A stretch of 64,000 bases of DNA from Felis catus. Its lineage: Eukaryota. The DNA lies in the NCBI RefSeq assembly GCF_018350175.1, contig NC_058368.1, positions 37,946,001 to 38,010,000 of the forward strand, given 5' to 3'. Below are positions 1 through 12,367 of this stretch, in pieces. Every line of letters begins with the position of its first letter. Positions within the stretch are counted from its first letter, which is position 1. Made by a program: the position numbers and the translations under genes. The notes under the pieces are model-generated. The model made no database searches. It was not told where the DNA came from and saw only the letters and a program-made list of their open reading frames with translations.

Positions 1-231
1 CAACACATTTGCATTTATTCTGGAAGAAGGGTAAATATTAGAAAAGTCTTTAAATGGTATTTACTTCATTAATCAATTAAAGAAGAAAAGCTAGAAGATA
101 GACTCAGTCAGTGAGAAATTATTTCATAAAATTACACAGCAATTCAAGGTTAAAAAAAATACTGCTATTGAGAGTAGACTATAGCAGTTCAGTGGCAGGC
201 AAACATCCCACTAACAGACTAAAGATAGTAA

Positions 232-408
232 ATCAATAAATTTTAAATAAGTAAAATTTAAATAAGTAAGAAGTAGATTAAATAAATAAAATAATAAGTA
301 ATTTTAAGTAAGTAAATTTTAAATAAGTATATAAGAAATAGATTAAATAAAATAATAAGTAATAAAAAGTGAGATTAAATAAATAAAATAATAAGTAATA
401 AAAAGTAA
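232..408. repeat. AT-rich degenerate minisatellite (unit ~gattaaataaataaaataataagtaataaaaagt)
   Basis: gattaaata(aata)aaataataagta occurs three times, plus repeated ttttaaataagta. Confidence 0.75.
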
Positions 409-1356
409 ACCAGTATCCTTACAGCTGCGGAAACAACCAGGACTATCGTGTGTATGATTCTGGAAAGAGAGAAACCTTCACCGGTGATCTGAGAATTTGA
501 GGCCCTCACTGGTGATGTCTACCAGCCCTTGTTCAGGTTGGAGTCTGAGAATTTATTCCAGGCACAGGCTAAGTAAGGGTTATGTCTAGGGGATGGAGAA
601 CTCTTGTCTACAACATGGAGTGGAATGACAAAACTGAATTATCAGAGGGGTCTCCATCTGGCTGGCTGTTCTCTCAGTACAGATGATAAATTTCATAGCT
701 ATGCTGGACAAGGGGGCTTTGAGAACTAAAACAAAATCCTTAGCAAATCAGGATTTTTCTCTTGTGCTTAGAAAGCAAGTGTCTATTCAAGAGAAGGTCT
801 CAGATTACATGTGAGGAAAAACAAAAAAGAACAAAAAAACCTTTGAGAGAAGAACACTGAAAATCCTTATTTTTCTCTCTTTTGAGGACTTTGTCTATTT
901 TGGCAGATTTGGAGCCTGGCTGGGAACTAGTCCTGGAGGGGAGAAGACCAGGTAAGGCTTTAGGTACTGTAGGGGTTTGAAATATCAAGCTGGAGACTTG
1001 AAGATTCTTAAAAGCACATATTGAAAACGTGTTGTATTTTAAAGTTGTGTCAGTCTAAGCCAAAACCTCTAAAAAGCAATTAATTTTTTTTTTTTTGCTG
1101 TATGCTGAGACATGCTAGAGTCACCATGAGAAAAAAAAAATAGAGGATTATATGTTACATACAAAGACAAAGTAAAGATGTAGACTTGTTCCTACACAAA
1201 CTGCAATCCAGGTTGACCTCAACTTTGTAATTGTCTCTATCTGCTTAGCAAAGAGTGAAACTTCCCTGGTGGAAGATATTATCTGGAGTCTCTAGATTTT
1301 TGTGAATGCAAAGGAAGTCATTTAGTCAAAAACTACTTACTATAAAAATAGACATG

Positions 1357-1722
1357 GCCATTTGCAACTACATGGATGGAACTAGAGGGTATTATGTTAA
1401 GTGAAATTACTCAGAGAAAGACAAATATCATATGACTTCACTCATATAAGGACTTTAAGATACAAAATAGATGAACATAAGGGAAGGGAAGCAAAAATAA
1501 TATAAAAATAGGGAGGGGGACAAAACATAAGAGACTCTTAAATATGGAGAACAGAGGGTTGCTGGAGGGGTTGTGGGAAGGGGGATGGGCTAAATGGGTA
1601 AGGGGCATTAAGGAATCTACTCCTGGAATCATTGTTGCACTCTATACTAACTTGTATGTAAATTTTAAAAAACATACAAACATTTAAAAAAAGTACAAAT
1701 TAAAAAAAATTAATCCCCCCCC
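1357..1722 (+). mobile_element. 5'-truncated carnivore L1, 3' end
   Basis: gccatttgcaactacatggatggaactagagggtattatg (ORF2 end), 3'UTR, A-rich tail; imperfect TSD aaaatagacatg/aaaatagacctg. Confidence 0.9.
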
Positions 1723-1802
1723 AAAATAGACCTGTCTGTGTAAGAGAAAGAATACCCAAATAATGTTATTAAATATGTTGTTTGAAAGCAGATTGAACAC
1801 AT

Positions 1803-1930
1803 GGGGTACCTGGCTGGCTCAGTCGGTTAAGTGTCCTACTTCATCTCAGGTCATGACCTCCCAGTTCATGGGTTAGAGCCCCGCACATCAGGTTCTGTGC
1901 TGACGCTTGGAGCCTGGAACCTGCTTCACA

Positions 1931-1969
<39 letters not shown>

Positions 1970-2047
1970 TGCCCCTCGCCTGCTCATGCGCTCTCTCTCT
2001 CTCTCTCTTTCTCTCAAAAATAAATAAACAGTTTAAAAAAAATTAAA
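1803..2047 (+). mobile_element. CanSINE with internal (TG)n
   Basis: ggggtacctggctggctcagtcggttaag head, CT tract, A tail; TSD aaagcagattgaacac/aaagcacattgaacac. Confidence 0.95.
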
Positions 2048-2745
2048 AAGCACATTGAACACAGACATTAGCATTTAGTGAAATGGATGCTGGGTCATTA
2101 GAAATGGATCACAGATTCCCTTAAATGAGGGGAAGACAAGAAGTATGATGATCAAGTCTTTATCTCTATTACAATCAGAAGAATGAAACAAGAAAAATAA
2201 AAACCTAAAATTTCTAAAAAAGGAAATAAAACTATTTTTAGGTCATTGGTAGTAGAAAACAGCAAAGAATCCACAAAGAATTTAATAGGAAAGTTTTAAA
2301 AGTCACCATAATAATAATGTACTATTTACCAATGAAAATCTAAAAACATGCTTTAAAACTTTCCCTACTTATTTGAGCAATACTATTAGGAATAAATCTT
2401 ACAAAAAATGTAAAGTCTAATTATAGGGGTTTATACAATTTTTTTTTGTAAGGAGGTTAAAGAAGACAGAAATCATCAAAAGATACTGTATATTCATGAA
2501 CTGGAAGAGTTAAGTTGGTAAGAATATTAGTTTTCCACAATTATTCTATTGATATAATCCAATTCCAATCAGATTGTCAAAATAATTTTTATGGACCCTT
2601 GATTAGAAACATTTTTAACGATAAGCAATGTGTGAAAAGAACCAGTACTTTCTGTATGCTCTTTAGGTTTTATCACATTGGATGCACACAAAGTTAGATT
2701 TTTTTTTATTGTAAATAAAGTAGCATTTGAAACATTAGTATTCTT

Positions 2746-2938
2746 GGAGCTCCTGGGTGGCTCAGTTGGTTAAGCCTCTGACTTCAGCTCAGGTCACAGT
2801 CTCACAGTCCGTGGATTCGAGCCCCACATAGGGCTCTCTGCTATCGGTGCAGAGCCTGCTTCGGATCCTCTGTCCCTCTCTCTCTGTCTCTCTCTGCCCC
2901 TCCCCAGCTCACACTCTCTCTCTTTCTATCAAAAAAAA

Positions 2939-2994
<56 letters not shown>

Positions 2995-2999
2995 AAGAT

Positions 3000-3058
<59 letters not shown>

Positions 3059-3068
3059 AAAGAAAAAA
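2746..3068 (+). mobile_element. CanSINE with tail expanded into (GAAA)n
   Basis: tRNA-like head, CT tract, GAAA array at 2931-3068; TSD cattagtattctt/tattactattctt. Confidence 0.95.
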
Positions 3069-3880
3069 AATATTACTATTCTTTATTTCCAATTAAGTTT
3101 GGGGGAAAATAGTATATTGGTAACAAATAGGAGGTTTTGAAGAGCTTTAGAGTATATGTTTGAAATCAAAGTTTAACCTTGTTTTGAAGAAAACATCTTT
3201 TAAATCTGATTTTATCCATAATGGAGGATCACAATTTTGGGAAAGTATTCATTTTTGTGGTGGTAGTTTGATTAAATTCCACAAAATCACTGATTTCGTG
3301 TTTCTATGTAGTTTGATTTTTTTTCTATGTACTTTTAGAGCCACTTCATGAATTCAGTTGAGATTTTTCTTTTCCAATAACAGTATGTTACTTTTAGCAC
3401 CACAGTTTTAACTTGATAAGATAACACAGGGCATCTAGATTCCAAGTGTCTTAGCATTTCATGTTTTGGTTGCTTATGTTTAAAGGCAGATCACTTTAAT
3501 TGTTAACCAATTACAATTCATCTCTCAAATATTGTCTGCAGTCAGTAGTAAAGACAAAAAATAAATGAGGTCAAACTGAAAAACTTGGGAAATCTAATTG
3601 AGATCTTTTCCTTGAGCCAATACCAAATTAATGTTCTTTCAACCTTTCATAATTAAAGTGTAATATTGTGTGGAACAGTGCAATCAAACAGCAAAGCAGA
3701 TGGTGGCAGAGGGGATAAAAATTAATCCTTAGCCACTTGTTAAGTCGTTGGCTGTAGCTTCAATTTTAAAGAAGCATTATTGTAAAGTACCTAATTCACT
3801 AATGAAAATTCTCCAAGTTCCCAAAGTCAGTCAAGAATTGAAAGTCTATGTTATCTTCCCCATAAAATTTAATGCAATCT

Positions 3881-3990
3881 ATCACGATGAGCCCTGAGTA
3901 ATGTGTCGACTTGTTTAACCATTATATTGTACACCTGAAATTAATATAACACTGTATGTGTATTATACTTGAATTCAAAAATAAATTTAA
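3881..3990 (+). mobile_element. short L1 3'-terminal fragment
   Basis: tattgtacacctgaaattaatataacactgtatg...aataaa; TSD aaaatttaatgcaatct/aaaatttagtgcagtct. Confidence 0.75.
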
Positions 3991-4120
3991 AAATTTAGTG
4001 CAGTCTAGGAAATACCATACTTGAACGTTCACAAATTATATCTCATGTAGCCATATAGCTGCTATCATAGGCTATCCAAAGAACACAACTGATTAGGTCA
4101 CTCCAGTTTTTAGATCTCTT

Positions 4121-4335
4121 AATTTTTTTTTTCAACGTTTATTTATTTTTGGGACAGAGAGAGACAGAGCATGAATGGGCGAGAGGCAGAGAGAGAGGGA
4201 GACACAGAATCGGAAACAGGCTCCAGGCTCTGAGCCATCAGCCCAGAGCCCGACGCGGGGCTCGAACTCACGGACCGCGAGATCGTGACCTGGCTGAAGT
4301 CAGACGCTTAACCGACTGCGCCACCCAGGCGCCCC
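4121..4335 (-). mobile_element. young SINEC_Fc-type CanSINE
   Basis: CpG-rich body; perfect TSD ccagtttttagatctctt at 4103 and 4336. Confidence 0.97.
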
Positions 4336-4376
4336 CCAGTTTTTAGATCTCTTAAGTGAATGCCCACTCAGTTATA

Positions 4377-4590
4377 GCAGGGTTTCTCTACGTTGGCACT
4401 TTTGTATCACATTACAATATTACATTGTTGTGAGGACTGCTCTGCATTGTAAAAGCTGCTTAGGGACATCCCTGGTTTCTATCCACTAGGTGCTATTAGC
4501 CACCCCAACTCAAAATGCAACAATCAAAAATGTCTCCATATGGTGCCAAATGTCCCCTGAAGGGCAAACTTACCTCCGTAGGGAACCACT
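4377..4590 (-). mobile_element. MER20-like hAT-Charlie non-autonomous DNA transposon
   Basis: cagggtttctc...ttggcact start, aaaaatgtctcca...gccaaatgtcccctg, and aaccact end resemble reverse-complement MER20. Confidence 0.8.
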
Positions 4591-5094
4591 CACCACTACT
4601 ATAAAGCTGAAGGTTTTTAGCATGATGTCAGTGCGCATGGTAACTTTATCTCTTTTATTTTCATTCCTTTCTTAGCTTTTTGCTTCATAAACACTAATCC
4701 TTCTCTGTGTTTCTGTGTTCGCCCTGTGATTTCCAACCTCTGCATGATCACTTCTTTTCTCCCTCTTTCTAATCCTTTGTGACCACTTCATCTAGCAATG
4801 TGATAAGCATCTTTTAGTACTTGATTCAAAAATAGCCTCTCAAAGAAAGTTTTCCTGAAGCACCGAAGATGGACTGAATGCTTTGTTTTGGGCCGTATTT
4901 ACTGCCTGGGTCTGTCTCTGACTTTGCACTTACTGCACTCGAGCAAGTCTGAGCAGAGAGATGTAATCTAGGTCATTGAACCCAAACATCTAGCTCCAGG
5001 GGCAAATTCTGGATCTAATTCAAAAAAAGACGTATAGGAGTAAACCAGAAAGATCCCTTCTCAGCAATATTAACTTTAGTGCTAAACTATTGTC

Positions 5095-5171
5095 TACCCA
5101 TTTATCTATCATCTATCTATCATTTGAGTGTCTGTCTGTCCATCCATCCATCCATTGACTCACTCATCGAC

Positions 5172-5213
<42 letters not shown>

Positions 5214-5242
5214 ATGTATCTATCCATCCATCCATCTATCCA
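5095..5242. repeat. (TCTA)n/(TCCA)n compound microsatellite
   Basis: direct reading; purest (ctat)n run at ~5173-5212. Confidence 0.95.
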
Positions 5243-5371
5243 CCTGTATTTTCCAAATGCAATTGCTGCCAGTCACAGAGGTTGGTGGTAATGCTATATA
5301 CTCCTATACCAATGCACTCATGAACACCATGCACATACTCATGCATCAAGTCCCATGCATCAAATCATAGG

Positions 5372-5585
5372 CAGGGCTCTGGGCTCCTATAAGGGTTTGC
5401 ACTCACCCACAAGTATCCCCATGGCATAGGGAATGCAATATTAAATAACAAATAAAAACACCATGGCAGGTAAGGAAAGAGACCTCAGAAAAAGGAAAAC
5501 AATTTTTTCCTGTTTTTTTTTTTTTTAAGAAGGGATTCCACATTTTAATTTTGCACTGAAACCCATAATTATGTAGCTGGACCTG
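5372..5585 (+). mobile_element. MER45-like hAT-Tip100 DNA transposon remnant
   Basis: 3' end ccacattttaattttgcactg...aattatgtagctggacctg and internal aaaaacaccatg...gaaaaaggaaa resemble the recalled MER45 consensus. Confidence 0.55.
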
Positions 5586-6192
5586 CTTCCAGATGTATGA
5601 AAGTTTCACTCCTGTTCAATTAAAAAATCAGAACACAACTACCACTTAAGCTGTGTCCATTTTAAATTATTTTCTGTGATGCGATTAACATGCTTATTTA
5701 AGTGTTTGAACTTTAAACCCAGACTTTGAAGATTATATGTGAACAGATAGTAGCATCATAGTTCATGATCTTTTATGTTCAATATTAAGTTTTCAACTTT
5801 AATAGATAGCATCTAAATTGAATGAACTACAGTTTTATGCATCAATGTAAATGTTTCAATGAGAAAACTCCTAGTTTGAGATGTTATCTTTTAGATAATT
5901 ATAGCTCAGTCTAATTTCTATGGCCCTATAGTGTTCCCTGTTTTACTTGTCAGCATTGCAAAGTTTCAATTTATGAAAATGCTAGTTTTCATTAGCAAGT
6001 CACAGAATGTGACATAAAATTGGGAAATGTAATTTCATAACTGCTGGATAGCTAGTAAGACTACATTAAAAATTAACATCACTATATAAAACAGAAATAA
6101 ATGAATATCTCAAAAAAGTACTTTTTTCTTAACTTTTTTAATAACATGATTATTTCACATTTTATTAGTTTTCATTAAGAAATTTTCCTTTT

Positions 6193-6417
6193 TGGGGCGC
6201 CTGGGTGGCGCAGTCGGTTAAGCGTCCGACTTCAGCCAGGTCACGATCTCGCGGTCCCGGAGTTCGAGCCCCGCGTCGGGCTCTGGGCTGACGGCTCAGA
6301 GCCTGGAGCCTGTTTCCGATTCTGTGTCTCCCTCTCTCTCTGCCCCTCCCCCGTTCATGCTCTGTCTCTCTCTGTCCCAAAAATAAATAAACATTGAAAA
6401 AAAAATTAAAAAAAAAA
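6193..6417 (+). mobile_element. young SINEC_Fc-type CanSINE
   Basis: ggggcgcctgggtggcgcagtcggttaagcgtccgacttcagccagg; TSD aagaaattttcctttt. Confidence 0.97.
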
Positions 6418-6534
6418 AGAAATTTTCCTTTTTAAAATCTCACATTAGTTTTGTGTTTGGAAAGCCAATTATACAAACAAAATCAGGTGGGTGATAGAGA
6501 CTAAAAACTATTTTCAACTATAATAAAGTTACAG

Positions 6535-6885
6535 CATGTAGTATTTGTCCTGTGACTTGCTTATTTCACTTAGTGTGGTGTCTTCCAGGTTCGTCCACAT
6601 TGTCACACATGGTAGGATTTCCTTCCTTTTAAAGGCTGAATAATACTGCATTGTACATTTTTGCCACCCTTTATTTATCTATCAGTGGACATTTTGGTTG
6701 TTTCCTTATTACATACAGCCAACAATGGGTATGAAGTTTCACTTACACAAGATGAATAAGCTCTAGAGATTTATCATACGACATTGTACCAAGAGTTAAC
6801 AACAATATATTATGCACTTAAAAATTTAAGAGGGTAGATGACATATTAAGTGTTTTTATAATTAAAAAAATCAATAAATAAAAAT
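6535..6885. mobile_element. old L1 (L1MA-like) 3' segments in opposite orientations
   Basis: 6535-6710 antisense (ttatttcacttagtg...aaggctgaataata); ~6725-6885 sense 3' end (gatgaataagctctagagat...aataaataaaa). Confidence 0.75.
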
Positions 6886-9289
6886 GTAATAGTTTGAGTA
6901 TTATTTATTTTTCTCAATAACTTTGCTTATATCTAATGTGTTATCTGAAGTCTGCTTTGTTTTACTCTAAGGTCTGACACTCTAATTGCTCCTCCCCCCT
7001 GACACCCCACACCTCCTTTATTAGCCTCCTATCACTTTTTTCATACTTTTAGTTTTAATCTAATTGTGTATTAATACCTATGTCTCTTTCTTGTGGGCAG
7101 CATAGTTGGCTTGTCTGTTATTTTCAACATGAGTATTGTGTACATATTTTAAACATCTCAATTTCTAGAAAGAAATTTGTGTTATTTTTGGGTTTCTGTG
7201 CGTTACTTTATTTCTTCTTAGTAAATGTCTTCTTTTCACCATTCTGTTAGTCCTAGCTCAATAGGAGACATTTGTTTGGAATGTTCAATGCAATTTCCTC
7301 TCTTTCAAGGGTAACCTTTACATTAGTTGACTTTTTGTTCAGTCATGGATATGAACTTCCTTGGAAAGTCTTGGAATCCTGGGAATCCCTGTCAGTGATA
7401 GCCCAGCAGTCAGGAAAATCATGACTTTCTTGTTCTTGTTTATAGATGAAAAGATGGAAGACACTTACCCATTTGCTGGGATTCCATTTCTTACCAGCAT
7501 CTTTAAGCGTGAGCTGGAGAAACGATATACTTTCTGGACAGTCAAACAGAGCTTTGGGTTTCAAATTCAGGCCCTCTCAAAACTAGTAGGGACAATCATA
7601 GAGCAATCTATCTTTGCGTATGAAAGAAAATTTTTGAAGAAATTAACAAATTTAACCCAGGACATATTATATATAAACGAATTATAACATGGCAATAAAC
7701 TTATTCCAAGAATGTGGGAATGTTCAGATTAATTTATCCATCAACACAGCTCATTTATGGTACTAAGCACCAAATGCTTATTATTATATCCATAGGTGAC
7801 AAAAACTATTTGTGCTAAATTACATATTTTCTAATTAATTATAATTATATAAAACTCTACATCGGGTAAGACACACTGCCAAATATGTGTTAGATGAACA
7901 CAGCATGGTAAAGTTAAAAAATATCTGCGTACTAAGGTCAAAGGTACAGAGATTTTTCTGGGAAGGTACCTGGCATCCTGTTGTGAAATAGCCCAGAGAC
8001 CCTGAGGACAGGACACCATAGATGTCTTGGAAATTTTAATTTAAGACCAGAGAAGGGAAAAGTCCTGATCCCTGGCAGCCTGTTGCTGGGCAACCTGGTC
8101 TTACTGGGTCGCTTAGTAACAATCCTGCTGGTTCTTCTCCAAAGGACATTTTAATACTAACTAAATGCATTTAGTCAAAACCTTCTAAAATTGTATTTTA
8201 GCACCCAAAATAAAAAAAATCAAATAGCACTTGTGCTTTTCAAAATATGATCTCAATAAGGCTCCAGGCAAAATCACAAAAGCCTATATTCATCTGTATT
8301 TTTTTGTTTTAATTTTATTGTCTAATGTGGCATAAAATTCTTTTTAACATTGTAATAATTCCGTGATTTATATTCTGTACTATCCCCTGAGAAGATATCA
8401 ACTATTTAGTCTCTTTTTTAAGGTAAATATTACTCTGTGTCTCTGCATGTTAACAGAGAAAAACAACTCTATGAGGGAAAAAAAAATCTTAATTCTAAGA
8501 TAGTTTAAAAGTAAAAAAACATGCAATTAGTGATGATGTTTTAAAATATATTTATAATTTTATAGAGAAGGATTCTATTTTTTCTTCTGACAACATTCAA
8601 ATTTTTATTTTAAAAAATGTCTTACTGAATCTCTTATTTGGCACATGGCATAATTATAACCTAAGTTTCTAGAATCAGACAATATTGGGGGGTGGTGGCA
8701 GCGGAAAGCAGCCTATTTCAAATCTGGATAATCTGTGATGGATAGCCCTTAAAGCTAATATTACTCATCTTGCAAATCTTGCAAAAAAGGATGAAATCCC
8801 AGGTAAAGAAACAATTTGTGTGCTCCAAATTGTATTTATAACATTCAGGTCAAGTATCCTCTATTCCCTATCCATCAAACTACAATGTAGGGAATGCTGT
8901 TAAAAACATGCATTGCATAAAAGACCCCCAACCCTCTTGGATGCTTTCTTCAACACACTGATGGCTTTTACTTAATTTCTCAAATTAATTGAATTTGGCT
9001 AGTAGGTTAATTGTTAGGAAATATATGAGTGTCTTTAGAAAGGAACTTAACATAGTTAGTTACATGTAAACTTTAAAATTGTTTTATCAGCTTTAGATGT
9101 CACTTATGTCCATTTCTAGTGACGGAGAAGAACATCCTAGAATTCATATAGCAGAACAGGTAAGGAAAGATCAGTATATAAGAACCCCAACCCACTCACC
9201 CTCTCATATAGGAGCATTTTTTTAAAAAGTGAAAATGAAAATGAAAGGGGTTAATATCTGTGACAGCACAAGTTTAAATGGCCCTTTAT

Positions 9290-9640
9290 ATTTTGCATTT
9301 ATCAAAATGGGGTCATATAATAACTGAATTTTTAGGTCGGGCTCCTTTCATTTTACTTAATGTCACCAGGCTTATTTACATTATAGCGTATGTTACTACC
9401 TCATTCTTTTTGCATGGCTGAATAATTTTCCATTGTATGACTATACTATGTTTTGTTTGGTGCAAAACTAACATAATTGTTGGAAATTTTGGCTGTTTCT
9501 AGATTTTGAGTATCACGAAAAATGCTGCTGTAAACATTTGCACACAACTTTTGGGTGGATATGTTTGCATTTCTCTTGCATGTATGTGTAATAGTACAAT
9601 TGCTTCACCATATGGTAACTCCATGCACAGCATTTGCGGA
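9290..9640 (-). mobile_element. old L1 ORF2-end/3'UTR fragment
   Basis: tggctgaataattttccattgtatg...aatgctgctgtaaacatttg...catatggtaactc. Confidence 0.75.
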
Positions 9641-9688
9641 ATTGTGGTCTTTTTTTTTTCTCTTTGCCTTGCAGTTTGGGAAGTTTCT

Positions 9689-9911
9689 TTTTTTTTTTTT
9701 AATTTTTTTTTAACGTTTATTTATTTTTGACACAGAGAGAGACAGAGCATGAACGGGGGAGGGTCAGAGAGAGGGAGACACAGAATTGAAACAGGCTCCA
9801 GGCTCTGAGCTGTCAGCACAGAGCCCGATGCGGGGCTTGAACTCACAGACCGCGAGATCATGACCTGAGCCGAAGTCGGCCGCTTAACCGACTGAGCCAC
9901 CCAGGCGCCCC
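9689..9911 (-). mobile_element. CanSINE (SINEC_Fc-like)
   Basis: complete body; TSD gggaagtttct. Confidence 0.95.
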
Positions 9912-10549
9912 AGGGAAGTTTCTATTGACATATCTTCAAGAGCACTGATTCTTGTTTTGGCTGTGTCCAATCTACTGTTGAGCCCACCAAAGGCATTCTT
10001 TATTTCTATTATAGTGTATTTGATTTCTAGCATCTCTTTCTGATTCTTTCTTAGACTTCCTAACTCTCTGCTTACATAACCCATGTTTTTACTTCCAAGC
10101 TGTCTACTTTTTACATTAGCTCCCTTAGCATATTAGCCATAGTTATTTTAAATCCTCAACTGATAATCTCAAACCCTCTGCCATATCTGACTTTAGTTGC
10201 ATTGCTTGCCTTGTCTCTTAAAACTGCTTAGCTTTTTTAGTATATCTTTTAGTTTTCTGTTGAAAGCCTGACATGGTATACAGGGGAGAAGGAACTGAGG
10301 TAAATGGGCCCTTACTGTGAGGTTTTATGTTTTTCTGGTTAGAGTTATGCTGTATGGCTATAGGTGTCCGAGGTGAAAATTTCCATCTGTTTCCTGGGTT
10401 TTCTCTCCCTTCTTACCTTTGGGTTCCTCTAGAGATTCCTCCTTAAACATGATCTGAACTTTGCTGCTCTTTTAGCTGCAATAGCTTGTTACCATATAGC
10501 AGCCAAATGGAAGTGGTGTTAAGGTGTGAGGTGAGGGGAACAAATAAAG

Positions 10550-10731
10550 GGGGCACCTGAGCGGCTCAGTCAGTTAAGCATCCAATTCTTGATTTCACTT
10601 TATGAGTTCAAGCCCCACATCAGGTTCACTGCTGACAACATGGAGCTTGCTCCACATCCTCTTTTCCCTCTCTCAGCCCCTCCCCTGTTTGTGCTCTCTC
10701 AAAACTAAAAATAAAAAACATTAAAAAAAAA
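10550..10731 (+). mobile_element. older CanSINE with internal deletions
   Basis: ggggcacctgagcggctcagtcagttaagc head and A tail. Confidence 0.9.
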
Positions 10732-12131
10732 TAGGTGGGCGGGGCGGGGGGCCGAGCATTCCACTTTCCACTGATTAGGTCTCAGTCTTTTCCCAATGCC
10801 TGTGGGCTTTGACTTTCACAGAACCCATGCCCCTAGACTGTGACCTTCACAAAATCTTCTTTGTCCCTGCTCTCCCACCGTCCTTAGGGGACACAGTGGC
10901 ACAAGCTGAAGCTCGACTTGGGATTACCCTTTTCCCGTGTTGGTTTGGCTCCAGGAGAGGGGTTTCCCATGAGGCCAACCCAGTTAAAGAGAACAAAATG
11001 CTCTGGACATATTTCAAGATGAAAACTTTTCTCCTTCTCTTACCCCTTTTTCTGCCAGGATGGAGGAAATTGTTCTCCTGTTCTTCACTGTGTAAGCCTG
11101 TAGAGTTCCTGGTGGTAAAAATCAAGAAAGTGTGAGGGCCTGAGCCTTCCATGGAATTTTTATTTTACAAACTTGTCTACACTGAGCCTGCAGCAGTCCA
11201 TCAGAGTTTAAGTCTTCCTACCTTGGTCCTAACTCTAGCAGTTTCTGCTCCTAGGCTATGTTTCAGTAAGCTATGATTCTTGGTATTCAATTGTCTCTTC
11301 AATTTTCAGAGTGGTGGTTTGTTCTATGACTTTAATTCTTGGATAATATTAAAAGGAGTTGATTTTTAGTGTGTGTAGCATTTTGCTTATTGTGAGATGG
11401 GTAATGACTTCCACACTGTTTACATTTTGGAACAGAAACTGGAAGCCCATGGCTTATCTTTGAAATTTTTGACAGAGTCCTTTGAAGCCTTTTTTTTTTT
11501 TTTTTCATACTTGGAGTAAATCTCACTTTAGGAGGGTGAAGGATCATTTTTGTATTTTGCTGAATTTGATTTGCAAGTATCTTGTTGACAGTTCTTGCAT
11601 CCATATTTATTTATATGGGCTATTGATCTGTAAAATTGTTTTCTTGTGATATCTTGTCTGGTTTTAGTATAAGAGCAATATTGGCATTTTGGAATAAATT
11701 GGGAACTGTTCTCACCTCTTCAAATTTGGGAGGAACTGTAGAAGGATTCACGTTAATTTGTCTTTAAACATCTGAAGAAATAACCACTGAAGCCATCCGG
11801 CCCTGGCCTTTTCTTTATGGGGAGGTTTTTGATTATGTATTCATTATCTTTACCTGTAATCAGTGTATGCATATTTTCTATTTTTCTTGATTCACTTTTT
11901 TAGCTTGTGCATTCCTAGGAATTTGGCCATTTCATCTAGGTTATTTAATACATTGTCATAGAATTCTTCATAATATTCCCTTGTAAGACCATTTTTATTT
12001 TTCTAAGGTTGATATTAGTGTCTCCTCATTTATCTTGAAACTGATTTTACTCATTTGAGGCTTCTCTCTTACTTATTTTTTGTTATTCTACCTAAAGTTT
12101 GTCAAGTTTGTTTATGCAGAGAATCAACTTT

Positions 12132-12197
12132 AAAAAATTCTTTTAACGTTTATTCATTTTTGAGAGAGAGAGAGAGACAGAGTGAGCAGAGGAGGGG

Positions 12198-12235
<38 letters not shown>

Positions 12236-12367
12236 CAGCATCTGAAGCAGGCTCCAGGCTCTGAACTGACAGCACGGAGCCTAACACGGGGCTCAAATTC
12301 ACAAGGTGTGAGATCATGACCTGAGCCAGAGTCGGATGCTTAACAGACAGAGGTACCCACGCGCCTT
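12132..12367 (-). mobile_element. CanSINE
   Basis: GA tract and body; TSD gagaatcaacttt. Confidence 0.93.

Larger units (their letters stand above)
9660..11447 (-). mobile_element. old L1 (L1M4/L1MD-like) 5'UTR and ORF1 start, interrupted by SINEs
   Basis: ORF 9884-10084 gives NQKEMLEIKYTIIEIKNAFGGLNSRLDTAKTRISALED (L1 ORF1p coiled coil); 5'-end-like aacagaaactggaagcc at ~11430. Confidence 0.8.

Noticed and set aside
232..408. Repeats with short variable gaps, superficially array-like
   Set aside because: A low-complexity AT minisatellite in a mammalian genome, with no unique spacers or associated genes.
1803..1890. tRNA-like sequences at SINE heads
   Set aside because: They are the tRNA-derived 5' parts of CanSINEs, not tRNA genes.
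2841..3140. Lys/Glu/Arg-rich and Phe/Leu/Ser-rich ORFs
   Set aside because: These are translations of the (GAAA)n microsatellite.
4149..4346. Recurrent Arg-rich ORF MGQRETEHERGRGRERGRHRIGNRLQAL... (also at 6165, 15624, 22772, 30486, 54482, 57317) resembling a protamine-like gene family
   Set aside because: It is the antisense reading of CanSINE copies, each bounded by a polyA tail and TSDs.
5456..5476. Kozak-like accATGG followed by a strong splice donor (cag|gtaagg)
   Set aside because: It lies in a MER45-like transposon remnant; there is no promoter or downstream exon support.
7361..7687. 108-aa ORF in non-SINE sequence
   Set aside because: No recognisable domain or splice structure; consistent with a chance ORF in decayed sequence.
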